A stretch of DNA of 64,000 bases, taken from IMG/VR virus record IMGVR_UViG_3300009173_000010, positions 1-64,000 of that record; one strand, given 5' to 3'. The notes under the pieces are model-generated. The model had not been told where the DNA came from. It did not search any database and saw only the letters and a program-made list of their open reading frames with translations. Source of the DNA: a virus. How positions within the stretch are numbered: the first letter of the stretch is position 1; each line of letters begins with the position of its first letter. Shown here in pieces: positions 8,436 to 18,564 of this stretch. A program made the translations under genes and the position numbers.

Positions 8436-11400
8436 ATGGCAAATATCAAAAACTTTGGTATTGCTGGTGTTTCAGCCGACGTTCAGATGGGTAAGAGTGG
8501 TGGCCGCTTAGTATATGATAGCGGTAATACACTATTCAAATTTACTACATCAGACGGTTCAACATTAGCAAAACTACGTGTCGCTGAACCATCAGGTACA
8601 ACTGATGCTGCTTCGAAAGGATACGTTGATGGTGTTGCTTCTGGCTTAGATGTTAAAGATTCGGTACGTGTTGCTACTACAGCGGCAGGTACTCTCTCTT
8701 CATCTTTTGCTAACGGCAGTACAGTTGACGGCATTTCACTAGCAACCAACGACAGAATTTTAATTCAAGACCAAGTAAGTGGTGCAGAAAACGGTATCTA
8801 CACAGTTAACGCTTCTGGCGCACCAACTCGTGCAACAGATTTCGACGCTGACAGTGAAGTAACCGCTGGTGCATTTACATTCGTTGAAGAAGGTACAACA
8901 AACGCTGATAACGGTTTTGTACTAACAACAGATGGTACAATCACAGTAGGTACAACAGCAATAGCGTTCGCTCAGTTCTCTGGTGCGGGTTCAATTATTG
9001 CTGGTGCAGGTTTAACTAAATCTGGTAGCACATTGAATGTTATTGCAGGTACTGGTATTACAGTAAATGCTAACGATGTGCAGATTTCTGCCTCATACGC
9101 TGGTCAAAATACAATAACAACCCTCGGTACAGTTGCTACAGGTACATGGAACGGCACAGGCATTGCAAATGCTTATGTTGACAATGACCTAACAATTTCC
9201 GGTGGTACAGTAGACAATTCAATAATTGGTGGTACAACACCAGTTGCTGGTACGTTTACAACACTAACAGCCAATACATCTCTTGTAGGTACATTGGGAA
9301 CAGCCGCACAAGGTAGCGTTACATCTTTGGGTACACTAACAGCACTCAACGTTGATAACCTTAACTTAAACGGTAATGCAATTACATCAACAGACTCTAA
9401 TGGTAACATTGACCTAACCCCACACGGTGTTGGTGAAGTTAACATTACTAAAGTTGATATTGACGGCGGCGCAATCGACGGCACAATAATTGGTGCTAAC
9501 TCAGCAGTCGCTGGTACATTCGGTGCCTTAACATCAACTGGTACATCAACACACGCATCAGTAGATATTAATGGTGGTGCAATTGACGGAACTAACATTG
9601 GTGCGGCTTCGGTTGGTACTGGTGCGTTCTCAACAATTAGTGCAACTGGTACAACAACTGGTGTTGCCGCTAATTATAGTGGCGCAGTAGGCGTTGACGG
9701 TAACTTTGATGTTGCTACTAACAAGTTCACCGTAGCCGCGGCGACTGGTAATACAGTTGTTGCTGGTACACTTGGTGTAACTGGTCTATCAACATTGGCA
9801 ACAGTTGATGTTGGTGGTGGTGCAATTGACGGTACAATAGTTGGTGCCGCTTCGGCAGCCGCTGGTACGTTTACAGCATTAACTGCAACAGGCACATCGA
9901 CACTTCCAGTTATTAATGGTAGTGGTGCGTGGACCAACACTGGTACACTTACAGCAGGTACAGTTGACATTAATGGCGGTGCTATTGACGGCACTAACAT
10001 TGGTGCTAACGCACAAGGCACTGGTCGTTTTTCATCGTTGCAAGCAGATACACTTGCTGGCGCATTGAATGCTTCTAGTCAAGCCATTACAAACGTTAAT
10101 ATTGATAGTGGTGCAATCGACGGTACTCCAATTGGTGCAAATTCAGTATCAACTGGTGCTTTCGGCGCATTAACATCAACTAGTCATGTTTCCTCAGGTA
10201 ACATTTCTGGTGTTGACGGTACATTCTCCGGTAACCTCGCAGTTACAGGTAATATTGTTGGTAGCGGCAATTTAACAATCAGTGGTGATACTGTTACAGC
10301 AAACGTAACAACTATTACTATTGAAGATCCACTAATGCTACTTTCAAGTAGTGCAGCCGATGCTGGTACAGTTGACGCTGGTTTTGTTGTAGAGCGTGGT
10401 TCTTCTGCTAACGTAGCATTGCTATGGGACGAATCAGCAGATGAGTTCGCGGCAATTTCTACAACAGATACAGGTACTACAGCAGGTAACGTTACAATCG
10501 CTGCCTATGCAGACTTCAAGGCCAAAGATGTTCAGGCCGGAGGTGCATTAACAGCAGCCGGTGCTACAACACTTAGTGGTGCTCTTACTGTTTCAGGTGG
10601 TGGTGCAGTTGCTCTAGGTGCAAGTGCCTTAACAGGTTCTGGTGCGTGGACACATACTGGTACACTTACAGCAGGTACAGTTGACATTAACGGTGGTGCA
10701 ATTGATGGAACAGCAATTGGTGCGGCTTCGGCAAGCACTGGTGCGTTCTCAACATTGAGTGCAACCGGTACATCAACACTAACAACTGTTGATATCAATG
10801 CAGGTAATATTGATAATACAGTAATTGGTGCAAGTACAGCAGTCGCTGGTACATTTGCGGCGTTGACAGCAACTGGCACATCAACACTTTCAACTGTTGA
10901 TATTAACGCTGGTGCAATTGATGGAACAGCAATTGGTGCAAATTCAGTATCAACTGGTGCGTTCTCAACAATTAGTGCAACTGGTGCAATCACTGGTGAT
11001 TTAACTGGTGACGTAGCAGGTAACGTAACATCAACTGGTACTTCAACTTTCACAACCGTAGATATTAACGGTGGTGCAATTGACGGTACTAATATTGGTG
11101 CTAACCAAGTAGGTACTGGACACTTCTCAACATTAGGTGCAACCGGTACATTAACTGGTGTTGCCGCTAACTTTAGTGGTGCAGTAGGCGTTGATGGCAA
11201 CTTTGATGTTGCTACTAACAAGTTCACAGTAAATGCAACTAGTGGTAACACACAGGTTGCTGGTACACTGGGTTCAACAGGTGCAATTACAGCATCAGCA
11301 GGCGTAACTGGTGATTTAACTGGTAACGTTGCTGGTAACGTAACATCAACTGGTACTTCAACTTTCACAACCGTAGATATTAACGGTGGTGCAATTGATG

Positions 11401-13685
11401 GTACAGCAATTGGTGCTAACTCAGCATCAACTGGTGCGTTCTCAACATTGAGTGCAACAGGTACAACAACTGGTGTTGCCGCTAACTTTAGTGGTGCAGT
11501 AGGCGTTGATGGCAACTTTGATGTTGCAACCAACAAAATGACAGTCGCAGCCGCATCTGGTAATACAACTATTGCTGGTACACTTGGCGTAACTGGTGCA
11601 ATTACTGGTGCTTTAACTGGTAACGTAACTGGTAATGTAACTGGTGACTTAACTGGTAACAGTGCTGGTACACATACTGGTGCAGTATCTGGTAACGTAA
11701 CATCAACTGGTACTTCAACATTTACAACTGTTGACATTAATGGCTGTGCTATTGATGGTACAATTATTGGTGCTAACGCAGCCGTAGCAGCCGATTTTAC
11801 AACAATGGATGCAACTGGTAATGTTACAATTGGCGGTACTCTAGCAGTAACCGGTAATACAACACTAACAGGCAACCTAACTATAAACGGTACAACAACA
11901 GATGTTTCAACTGTTAATACAGTAATTGAAGACGCTGTTATTATGGTCAACAATGGCGAATCTGGTGCAAGCGTTACAGGCGTTTTCTCTGGTATCTCAG
12001 TTGACCGTGGTTCGTCAGCAAATGCCCATATGGTATTTGATGATGGACAAGATCGTTGGGAATTCCTAACAGGCCACGACACAATTGCTTCAGCCTCACT
12101 TGGCAACGTAGCATTTGGTACAGTCGGTGCAGGTACATGGCAAGGTACAGCAATTGCTGACACATATGTTGCTAACGATCTAACAATTAGTGGTGGTACA
12201 GTAAACAACTCAGTCATTGGTGGTTCAACTGCCGCGGCTGGTACATTTACAACACTTGGCTTTGATACACTAGGTTCTGCTGTTGATATGGGGAACCAAA
12301 ATCTTACTAATGTTGACATTGATAGCGGTGCTATTGATGGTACAGTAATTGGTGCCGCTTCGGCAGCCGCAATTACAGGTACTACTATTACAGCAAGTTC
12401 CTCATTAGTAGGTACACTAGGTACAGCATCTCAAACTAATGTTACCGGTCTCGGTACAATTGGTACAGGTGTATGGCAGGGTACAGCAGTAGCCGCAGGC
12501 TTCGGTGGTACCGGTATTGATACTTCAAGTTCAACTGGCGCAGTTCGCGTAGACAGTGGTACTTGGTCTGTAGGTGATGTAAGCCTAACAGCAGACGTAT
12601 CTGGTACACTTCCAGTTGCAAATGGTGGTACTGGTATTACATCAGGAACAACTAATCAGTTCTTGAAGTTTACAGGTTCTACAACAATTGGTGCAGGCTA
12701 TGCAGAAGACCTCTATGCTAATGATGTTAAAGTCTTTAGTGCAAGTGGTGCAACAACCTCAGGTGCTGGTGAAGGTGTAAAACTAACCAACGCTTCCGGT
12801 AAGGCATACTTCCGTTCAGTGAATACAGCAGGCTCAGGCGACGTTGATCTATATCTCGGCGCTCAAGACTCTGGTGACGTTGTTATTGAAGGTACAGGTA
12901 ATGGCGTAGTTAAAGGCGATAACGATCTCGACTTAACAGTACGAGGTGGTGATTCCTCTGCCGCAGACGCTGGTGATTTAATTCTCTCCGGTGGCAACGG
13001 CACAGGCTCAAATGCCTCTGGTAATGTATACATCCAGGGCGGTTTGGGTGGTTCTGCTAACGGTAATGTACAAATTCGTGATGCAAATGGCTTAGAAGTA
13101 TTGAAATTCACAGAGACAGGAAGTGCTGTCAATGAGATGACAATTGCTAACGCGGCCACATCAGGTACACCAACCTTAAGCACAACAGGTAGCGACACAA
13201 ACATTACATTGCTTATCAGTCCTAAGGGTTCGGGCGTTATTAACGTTCCAGCATCTTATGCGGCACGAGCAGGTTTTGGCACAAACTCACTAGCAACAAA
13301 AGAATATGTTGATAATAATTCTTCAACAGAAACTTTTGCTAGACGTGCGTCGTTCACAGCCAATAGTTCAGCAAATGATTTTGCTGTTGGTACTATTAAC
13401 TCAGGTACAACAAACTATATTAATCGAGTAACAGTAGCCGTTACAACTGCTTTAAGCGGTGGTAGCGTATCTGGCGTTCGACTACATGATGGTACAGCGT
13501 ACTTGACCGCTCTAGATGATTGTGATACATCAGAAACAGGAACTTATGTTATTGATCTTCCAACATCAACAGCAACAGCCGCAAGTGCGGTACTTACAGC
13601 AAAAGTTGTTCAGAGCAATGGCACAACTGCCTCTGTTCCAACAGCAGGCGTTGTAGTAGTAACAGCACAGTGGGTGAAAGTATAA
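8436..13685 (+). CDS. Giant repeat-rich virion fibre protein (~1749 aa)
   Basis: SD GGAGGT before ATG 8436; DAASKGYVD and GLDVKDSVRVATT fibre motifs; more than 10 DINGGAIDGT.IGA repeats. Confidence 0.75.
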   Translation: MANIKNFGIAGVSADVQMGKSGGRLVYDSGNTLFKFTTSDGSTLAKLRVAEPSGTTDAASKGYVDGVASGLDVKDSVRVATTAAGTLSSSFANGSTVDGISLATNDRILIQDQVSGAENGIYTVNASGAPTRATDFDADSEVTAGAFTFVEEGTTNADNGFVLTTDGTITVGTTAIAFAQFSGAGSIIAGAGLTKSGSTLNVIAGTGITVNANDVQISASYAGQNTITTLGTVATGTWNGTGIANAYVDNDLTISGGTVDNSIIGGTTPVAGTFTTLTANTSLVGTLGTAAQGSVTSLGTLTALNVDNLNLNGNAITSTDSNGNIDLTPHGVGEVNITKVDIDGGAIDGTIIGANSAVAGTFGALTSTGTSTHASVDINGGAIDGTNIGAASVGTGAFSTISATGTTTGVAANYSGAVGVDGNFDVATNKFTVAAATGNTVVAGTLGVTGLSTLATVDVGGGAIDGTIVGAASAAAGTFTALTATGTSTLPVINGSGAWTNTGTLTAGTVDINGGAIDGTNIGANAQGTGRFSSLQADTLAGALNASSQAITNVNIDSGAIDGTPIGANSVSTGAFGALTSTSHVSSGNISGVDGTFSGNLAVTGNIVGSGNLTISGDTVTANVTTITIEDPLMLLSSSAADAGTVDAGFVVERGSSANVALLWDESADEFAAISTTDTGTTAGNVTIAAYADFKAKDVQAGGALTAAGATTLSGALTVSGGGAVALGASALTGSGAWTHTGTLTAGTVDINGGAIDGTAIGAASASTGAFSTLSATGTSTLTTVDINAGNIDNTVIGASTAVAGTFAALTATGTSTLSTVDINAGAIDGTAIGANSVSTGAFSTISATGAITGDLTGDVAGNVTSTGTSTFTTVDINGGAIDGTNIGANQVGTGHFSTLGATGTLTGVAANFSGAVGVDGNFDVATNKFTVNATSGNTQVAGTLGSTGAITASAGVTGDLTGNVAGNVTSTGTSTFTTVDINGGAIDGTAIGANSASTGAFSTLSATGTTTGVAANFSGAVGVDGNFDVATNKMTVAAASGNTTIAGTLGVTGAITGALTGNVTGNVTGDLTGNSAGTHTGAVSGNVTSTGTSTFTTVDINGCAIDGTIIGANAAVAADFTTMDATGNVTIGGTLAVTGNTTLTGNLTINGTTTDVSTVNTVIEDAVIMVNNGESGASVTGVFSGISVDRGSSANAHMVFDDGQDRWEFLTGHDTIASASLGNVAFGTVGAGTWQGTAIADTYVANDLTISGGTVNNSVIGGSTAAAGTFTTLGFDTLGSAVDMGNQNLTNVDIDSGAIDGTVIGAASAAAITGTTITASSSLVGTLGTASQTNVTGLGTIGTGVWQGTAVAAGFGGTGIDTSSSTGAVRVDSGTWSVGDVSLTADVSGTLPVANGGTGITSGTTNQFLKFTGSTTIGAGYAEDLYANDVKVFSASGATTSGAGEGVKLTNASGKAYFRSVNTAGSGDVDLYLGAQDSGDVVIEGTGNGVVKGDNDLDLTVRGGDSSAADAGDLILSGGNGTGSNASGNVYIQGGLGGSANGNVQIRDANGLEVLKFTETGSAVNEMTIANAATSGTPTLSTTGSDTNITLLISPKGSGVINVPASYAARAGFGTNSLATKEYVDNNSSTETFARRASFTANSSANDFAVGTINSGTTNYINRVTVAVTTALSGGSVSGVRLHDGTAYLTALDDCDTSETGTYVIDLPTSTATAASAVLTAKVVQSNGTTASVPTAGVVVVTAQWVKV

Positions 13686-13722
13686 GCGTTAATTCGCTAG
13701 TAGCGGATTAACTGCTACGAAT

Positions 13723-14178
13723 TTAAGGAGCCTCGGGGGAAACCCCGGGGTTTTCTTTTAATTCTCTTTGAAGAATAGAGGTAAGTTTGTTAACATTATT
13801 TTTATTATGAAGGATAAGTTTAGTTCCGGCATGTAATGGTTTCGGCCACGCTCCAATTTTAACCCAAGCATAACCATCATTTTCATCATTTAAAATAGGA
13901 TGGAATTCACTATTAATTATACTAACAAAACTTGCATATTTAAATGCTTCGTCGTTGCTAATAAAATTATCTAAAGGATATGTTTTAAGAATTTTTGGAA
14001 CGAAAATAAGTTCTTCTTTAATTTCTCGGGTTAATGCTATACCTAAAGATTCGCCCGGCTCGACCTTACCACCAAAAAAACTCCAGGTTAAAGGGTGCGA
14101 ACTTTCTGCACTTCGAAGTCCTAACATTACACGTTTTGTTTTTAAACTTAAAAATATGGTGCCTACGGCCTCAATCAC
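13723..14178 (-). CDS. NUDIX hydrolase
   Basis: Nudix box GGKVEPGESLGIALTREIKEE. Confidence 0.9.
   Translation of the reverse strand: MIEAVGTIFLSLKTKRVMLGLRSAESSHPLTWSFFGGKVEPGESLGIALTREIKEELIFVPKILKTYPLDNFISNDEAFKYASFVSIINSEFHPILNDENDGYAWVKIGAWPKPLHAGTKLILHNKNNVNKLTSILQRELKENPGVSPEAP
13728..13758 (+). terminator. Intrinsic terminator
   Basis: CCTCGGGG-GAAA-CCCCGGGG followed by TTTTCTTT; a second hairpin precedes it at 13691-13723. Confidence 0.7.
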
Positions 14179-14293
14179 TACTATGAACCTTTGTTTTAAA
14201 TGAACACTTGTTACAAGTATATATGCATTCTGTTGTTTCGTATAGAATTGTACCGCGACGGCATTGTGGACACTGAATTAGTGTTGGACGCAA
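14171..14293 (-). CDS. Small zinc-ribbon protein (start uncertain, TTG)
   Basis: CPQC...CNKC; fills the gap between gp15 and NUDIX. Confidence 0.4.
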   Translation of the reverse strand: MRPTLIQCPQCRRGTILYETTECIYTCNKCSFKTKVHSSD

Positions 14294-14298
14294 CTCAT

Positions 14299-15696
14299 TT
14301 AATTTACAATTTTCCAGAAACCTGGATAATATCTTCCTTGGTAAGAATTTGCCCATTCTATACCGTCCCATTTAAACTGTTCACCAGTAAAATTATTTTG
14401 AATATAAGTAGGGCCCGATGACCCTGACGAATCAAAATGCACTACCCACGCACCACCGTTGTATTGTATTAAATCGTTTTTGCTTGCTTGTAAATTTGCC
14501 CATGCATTGGTAACATCTGCGGCATCAGGCCCGCCAATATCATCTAAAATTAGATATCGCTGATTAACGGCGGCCGCAGGTAATGTACCATCACCTGGAT
14601 AATTGTTATGTGGATTAATTACTGCATTTACAGTAAGATCTGTTCCTGGCAATGTATCGGTATCAACCGTAAAATCAACGACGTTTGTTACTCCGGTTGT
14701 AGCGATAGTTCCAACAATGTCATTTGGATCTGTTTGTAATTCAGGATCAGATTGTAACCTTAATCTAACTTGTGTTACATTATTTGTTATACCACCATAT
14801 GGTAGTAAGTATTTTGCCCAATCAAATGCCGCGCCAGTTGAATCTTCATTAATACCAGCGTGAGTTAATAATTGTATTTGAGGGGGGGTTCCCGAAACCA
14901 CTTTGATTGAAGTATCTTCTGGTGTAACAATTTGCCTATTTAGATAAGTTGCATCACCAAAAAAGTCAAATGCTTCTGGATCATAATTAAGATCTATATC
15001 TTGTGTTCTAGTAGTAACTTGATGAATTAATTTTTGTTGTGTTATTTTGACCGGAGGACTAACCCAAACTGGCATTGTAAATGTTAATGACCCAACATCA
15101 ATTTGAGAATCAATACCTTGTGGGACACCTCTAGCAGACCAACTAATATCTGTTAGTTCAACTACAGTTAATGATGTCCAATCTAATATGTTTGTATTTG
15201 CTTGTAATTCAATTGCAGGATTAAACAGTACTAATATTTGTTCCATTAATTGTAATTTTTGATCGGTATTACTAGTCCATATATCAACTTGCATAGTTAA
15301 CGTATATGGTGTTGGCATTAATCTTTCGACGGTATACATATTACCAATTTCGTTTGTATATTTTCCTGTTTCTTGATCAAATTTTCGTTCTGTTACATGT
15401 TTTTGATCTGTATAAAATGGGTCAAGTGTTCGTGTTCTGTCTGGTTGTAGTGTTAATATATGAGATGTAATAAATGGACACGAGTTAACAACATTCTCAC
15501 TATTGTTTCGTAATATATGCCCAACCATTCTTTGCATATCAGCATATCTGCAAGGTACCTTTATAAATTTTTCTATGTCGTCTTTGCCCTTACCAGTTTT
15601 AATTAATAAGCCACCAAATAATCGCATAAATTGCAGAAGGTATCTGCGAAATTGCTCATCATAAAAGTATCCTGCTTCGTTATATCTAGTTGCCAT
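14299..15696 (-). CDS. gp15: Tail sheath stabiliser/terminator (gp15-like)
   Basis: YFYDEQFRRYLLQF, VPCRYAD, PTPYTL..QVDIW, QLMEQILVLFNP motifs. Confidence 0.85.
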   Translation of the reverse strand: MATRYNEAGYFYDEQFRRYLLQFMRLFGGLLIKTGKGKDDIEKFIKVPCRYADMQRMVGHILRNNSENVVNSCPFITSHILTLQPDRTRTLDPFYTDQKHVTERKFDQETGKYTNEIGNMYTVERLMPTPYTLTMQVDIWTSNTDQKLQLMEQILVLFNPAIELQANTNILDWTSLTVVELTDISWSARGVPQGIDSQIDVGSLTFTMPVWVSPPVKITQQKLIHQVTTRTQDIDLNYDPEAFDFFGDATYLNRQIVTPEDTSIKVVSGTPPQIQLLTHAGINEDSTGAAFDWAKYLLPYGGITNNVTQVRLRLQSDPELQTDPNDIVGTIATTGVTNVVDFTVDTDTLPGTDLTVNAVINPHNNYPGDGTLPAAAVNQRYLILDDIGGPDAADVTNAWANLQASKNDLIQYNGGAWVVHFDSSGSSGPTYIQNNFTGEQFKWDGIEWANSYQGRYYPGFWKIVN

Positions 15697-15697
15697 T

Positions 15698-16795
15698 TTA
15701 GAAATCCGACTTTGGTTTTACTGCTTTACTTATACCTTGTTTTGAAGGAATAGTAGCACCAGTATTGCCATCAATAATTAAATTAGTATTTTTTGTAAAT
15801 TTATGTAGAATTGCATTACCAGCCGCCCATATACCACGTTGATCGTCTTCGACTTTAAGCCAATGATTACCTGATTTTTTATATAATCGATGAGGAGTAT
15901 AATCTGTGCGTAAATAATATGCACCGTCGGTGGCGTTTGTTGGAAATGTTGCGCCACTACCAACAACAGATGCACCGTTATCGGGTACAGCATCTTCAAG
16001 AAATATACCTTTCTTTTTATCAGTTTCATTAAAATATAAATGAGCAGTATCAAATCCGTGTTTTGGAACTTCATTTTCTGCTTGTTCAAGTACTGCTTCG
16101 CTTATATCAATTTCACTACTATATGTACTAAGAATATTTTTTAAATCATCTGCATCATCGCCGTCGCCGAGAATATCTCTATATTCGACTGTATCTTGCA
16201 ATGCTTGGCACTTGACACGTATCATGTGTGGCCACCAATTTGCATCAAATCCGCCTGCTTCTCTTACAACATCTTCTACAACATAAAATTTGCGTATCGG
16301 ACCTGCTGAATTATCAAGTCCTGTATCATCAGCCAAGTGTGGCAATTCTAAAACATCGCCGCTCATTATTTTACGACCTAAAATAGTCATATGATCATTT
16401 AAATGAAATGTCATATAAATGTTATCAGCAGATAGAAACATACCAAATTGTGTTAAATCAAAATCATTATCTTGTGGTTGATATACGCCTCGCATATCAT
16501 AAACAATTTCATCATATTTGCGATCTCTATTTTCTAAGAATAATAAATCTTGTATTTTTGTTTCTGCAACAATGTTTTTAGGATCTGTTGATTTCTTTGA
16601 CGCATAGTTAGGTTTTGTTGCATCTGCTTTATTTACAGTTCCGTCTGGGTTAATTGTTTCGCCCTGGTCATAGACACCTATATACTTGTGTATAAAAACA
16701 CCAGTACCGCCAGCATAAATATGTTCGCCGACTAACCGATCTACAAATTTGTAGTCATTGCCCTTTTCAGGCCTCCATAATCATAGTCGTGGCAT
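15698..16795 (-). CDS. gp14: Neck/head-closure protein (gp14-like) with in-frame TGA at codon 5
   Basis: SD AGAGG and ATG 16795 read MPRL*LWRPEKGNDYKF, then open in frame into the listed ORF 15698..16495 (IQDLLFLENRDRKYD, FDLTQFG, GDVLELPHL). Confidence 0.75.
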
Positions 16796-16835
16796 ATAAT
16801 GTAACCTCTTTATTGTATTTACCGTTTTCTTTAGG

Positions 16836-16864
16836 TTGACAAATGGATAAATGTAGTTTATCAT
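16836..16864 (+). promoter_or_regulatory. Sigma70-like early promoter
   Basis: TTGACA-17 nt-TATCAT. Confidence 0.7.
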
Positions 16865-16895
16865 ATATAAGTACATAAAATCTCGTGGAGATATA

Positions 16896-18197
16896 ATGGC
16901 CATTTATAAAACAACTAAAAAATCTAAAAAACGTAGACCTCGTAAAAAAACAGACCTCGGCGAGTCCCCCAATTGGCCAGTATTTTTAGCCGACGGCCCT
17001 ACGGATATGGCTATATATTCATATCATTCGCATTCTATGCAATGGTATAACTATAATCATAAAGCCAAAGATTTGCGTAAAGATGTTGAATTGTATCTAA
17101 AAAAGAACAAATATTCTAAAAAAGACATTAATGCTTGGAAGGCCGCAGATGTTTGGCGTACAGGTGTTACTGTTTCAGGTTTATGTAAAATGATGAATGA
17201 AGGAATGATTGAGGTTCTACCTAATCCGTATAAACAAGATAATAAGTATAAACATTCTTATGATAAAACTTGGGAGCCTGTATCTGGACATATATGGATA
17301 CAAAACAAACTTGCTGAAATAATTGATCATGGTAAAAAAGCAATTGCTGAAAACAAAGTAGTTGAAAAAGAAAATAAATTAAAAGCACCCCCAAAAACAA
17401 TTCAAGAACGTATGCACGAAAAACTTTTAGAATTTTTAGAAGAAACCGAAGGTGCAATAGAAGATTTTTTATATGGTGACAAGCCTTTTGTATCAGATTA
17501 TAGTATGTATAAACATCTTACAAGAGACGCATTGCCTCCTAAAATAGCATCGCAAATTGTTAAAATATATGAAGGCGAGGCCGAAGAATACCAAGAATTA
17601 GCAAAGCCTTGCACAGAATCACAATTAAAGAAAATGACTGAGCAGGATCAAGATTATCATATGCAACTGTTAGAAGGACATTCTCATACGACAAAACCTC
17701 AAGCAAAAAAAATTGCTACGTTTTATGAAACCCTTATTGCTGATGTTAATATGTATATTGATTCTGCTAAAGTTTCGAGAACACCTCGTAAGAAAAAAGC
17801 ACCAACAAAAGAAAAGTTAATAGCAAAACTTAAATTTAAAACAAATGATGAAAAATATAGGATAGCAAGTATTAATCCAATAGATATTATCGGTGCTGAT
17901 GAATTATGGGTGTTTAATACTAAAACACGTAAACTTGGAAAGTATATAGCATTGAATACCGATCCTATGGGACTTAAAAGAGATGGTTCGGGACTATCAG
18001 TAAAAGGTACTACAATTTTAGGTTTTCATGTTGAACAAAGTATTCAGAAGACTTTGCGTAAGCCTGAAGAACAATTAAAAGAATTTACAAAATCAGGAAA
18101 AGTAAAACTTCGAAAGTTTCTCGAAAAAATTAAGACTACAGATATTAAATTAACCGGTAGAATTAATAACGAGACGATTATACTCAAAGCCAGTTAA
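16896..18197 (+). CDS. Conserved phage hypothetical protein (basic)
   Basis: 433-aa ORF, SD GGAG; C-terminal LWVFNTKTRKL...QKTLRKP...GRIN region typical of large myophage proteins. Confidence 0.75.
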   Translation: MAIYKTTKKSKKRRPRKKTDLGESPNWPVFLADGPTDMAIYSYHSHSMQWYNYNHKAKDLRKDVELYLKKNKYSKKDINAWKAADVWRTGVTVSGLCKMMNEGMIEVLPNPYKQDNKYKHSYDKTWEPVSGHIWIQNKLAEIIDHGKKAIAENKVVEKENKLKAPPKTIQERMHEKLLEFLEETEGAIEDFLYGDKPFVSDYSMYKHLTRDALPPKIASQIVKIYEGEAEEYQELAKPCTESQLKKMTEQDQDYHMQLLEGHSHTTKPQAKKIATFYETLIADVNMYIDSAKVSRTPRKKKAPTKEKLIAKLKFKTNDEKYRIASINPIDIIGADELWVFNTKTRKLGKYIALNTDPMGLKRDGSGLSVKGTTILGFHVEQSIQKTLRKPEEQLKEFTKSGKVKLRKFLEKIKTTDIKLTGRINNETIILKAS

Positions 18198-18233
18198 ATA
18201 CATATAGAAATGTATTTGAAGGAGATGGGTCTA

Positions 18234-18503
18234 ATGGGACACTTGAAAGATGCCGCGATCGCGGCGAATCGTAAATGTAACTTTTCTTATTACTGCTATC
18301 ATGCTTGGATAGCATGCCGAGCAGGAACCTTGTTGGGATATTTGTCACTAATGTCATATGTCCATGCTTTTTTTCCGTTCGTATATGCTAAGTTCGGCCT
18401 GGCTGAATTAATTATTCGTAATACTAATAATATACGTAGGTCTATACCCGATTGGGAAGGCTGGAAAGAGTTAGATAATTGGGATGATGAGAAATACAAA
18501 TAA
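18234..18503 (+). CDS. Small protein, possibly DUF6356-like
   Basis: SD AAGGAG; HLK...YH...VHAFFPF pattern; start uncertain. Confidence 0.5.
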   Translation: MGHLKDAAIAANRKCNFSYYCYHAWIACRAGTLLGYLSLMSYVHAFFPFVYAKFGLAELIIRNTNNIRRSIPDWEGWKELDNWDDEKYK

Positions 18504-18564
18504 ATAATACTATGAAAAAACTTCTACTAATTATCATTGATAAGTCCGTAGTAAAGGAATAATA

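Noticed and set aside
10532-12319. 595-aa antisense ORF and similar antisense ORFs inside fibre, sheath and repeat genes
   Set aside because: Shadow frames of Gly/Thr/Ala-rich or repetitive coding sequence, with no start signals or motifs
16755-16783. Selenocysteine/SECIS reading of the gp14 TGA
   Set aside because: The hairpin is too short and too close for a bacterial SECIS, the position is not a recognisable Cys site, and no sel genes are in the window
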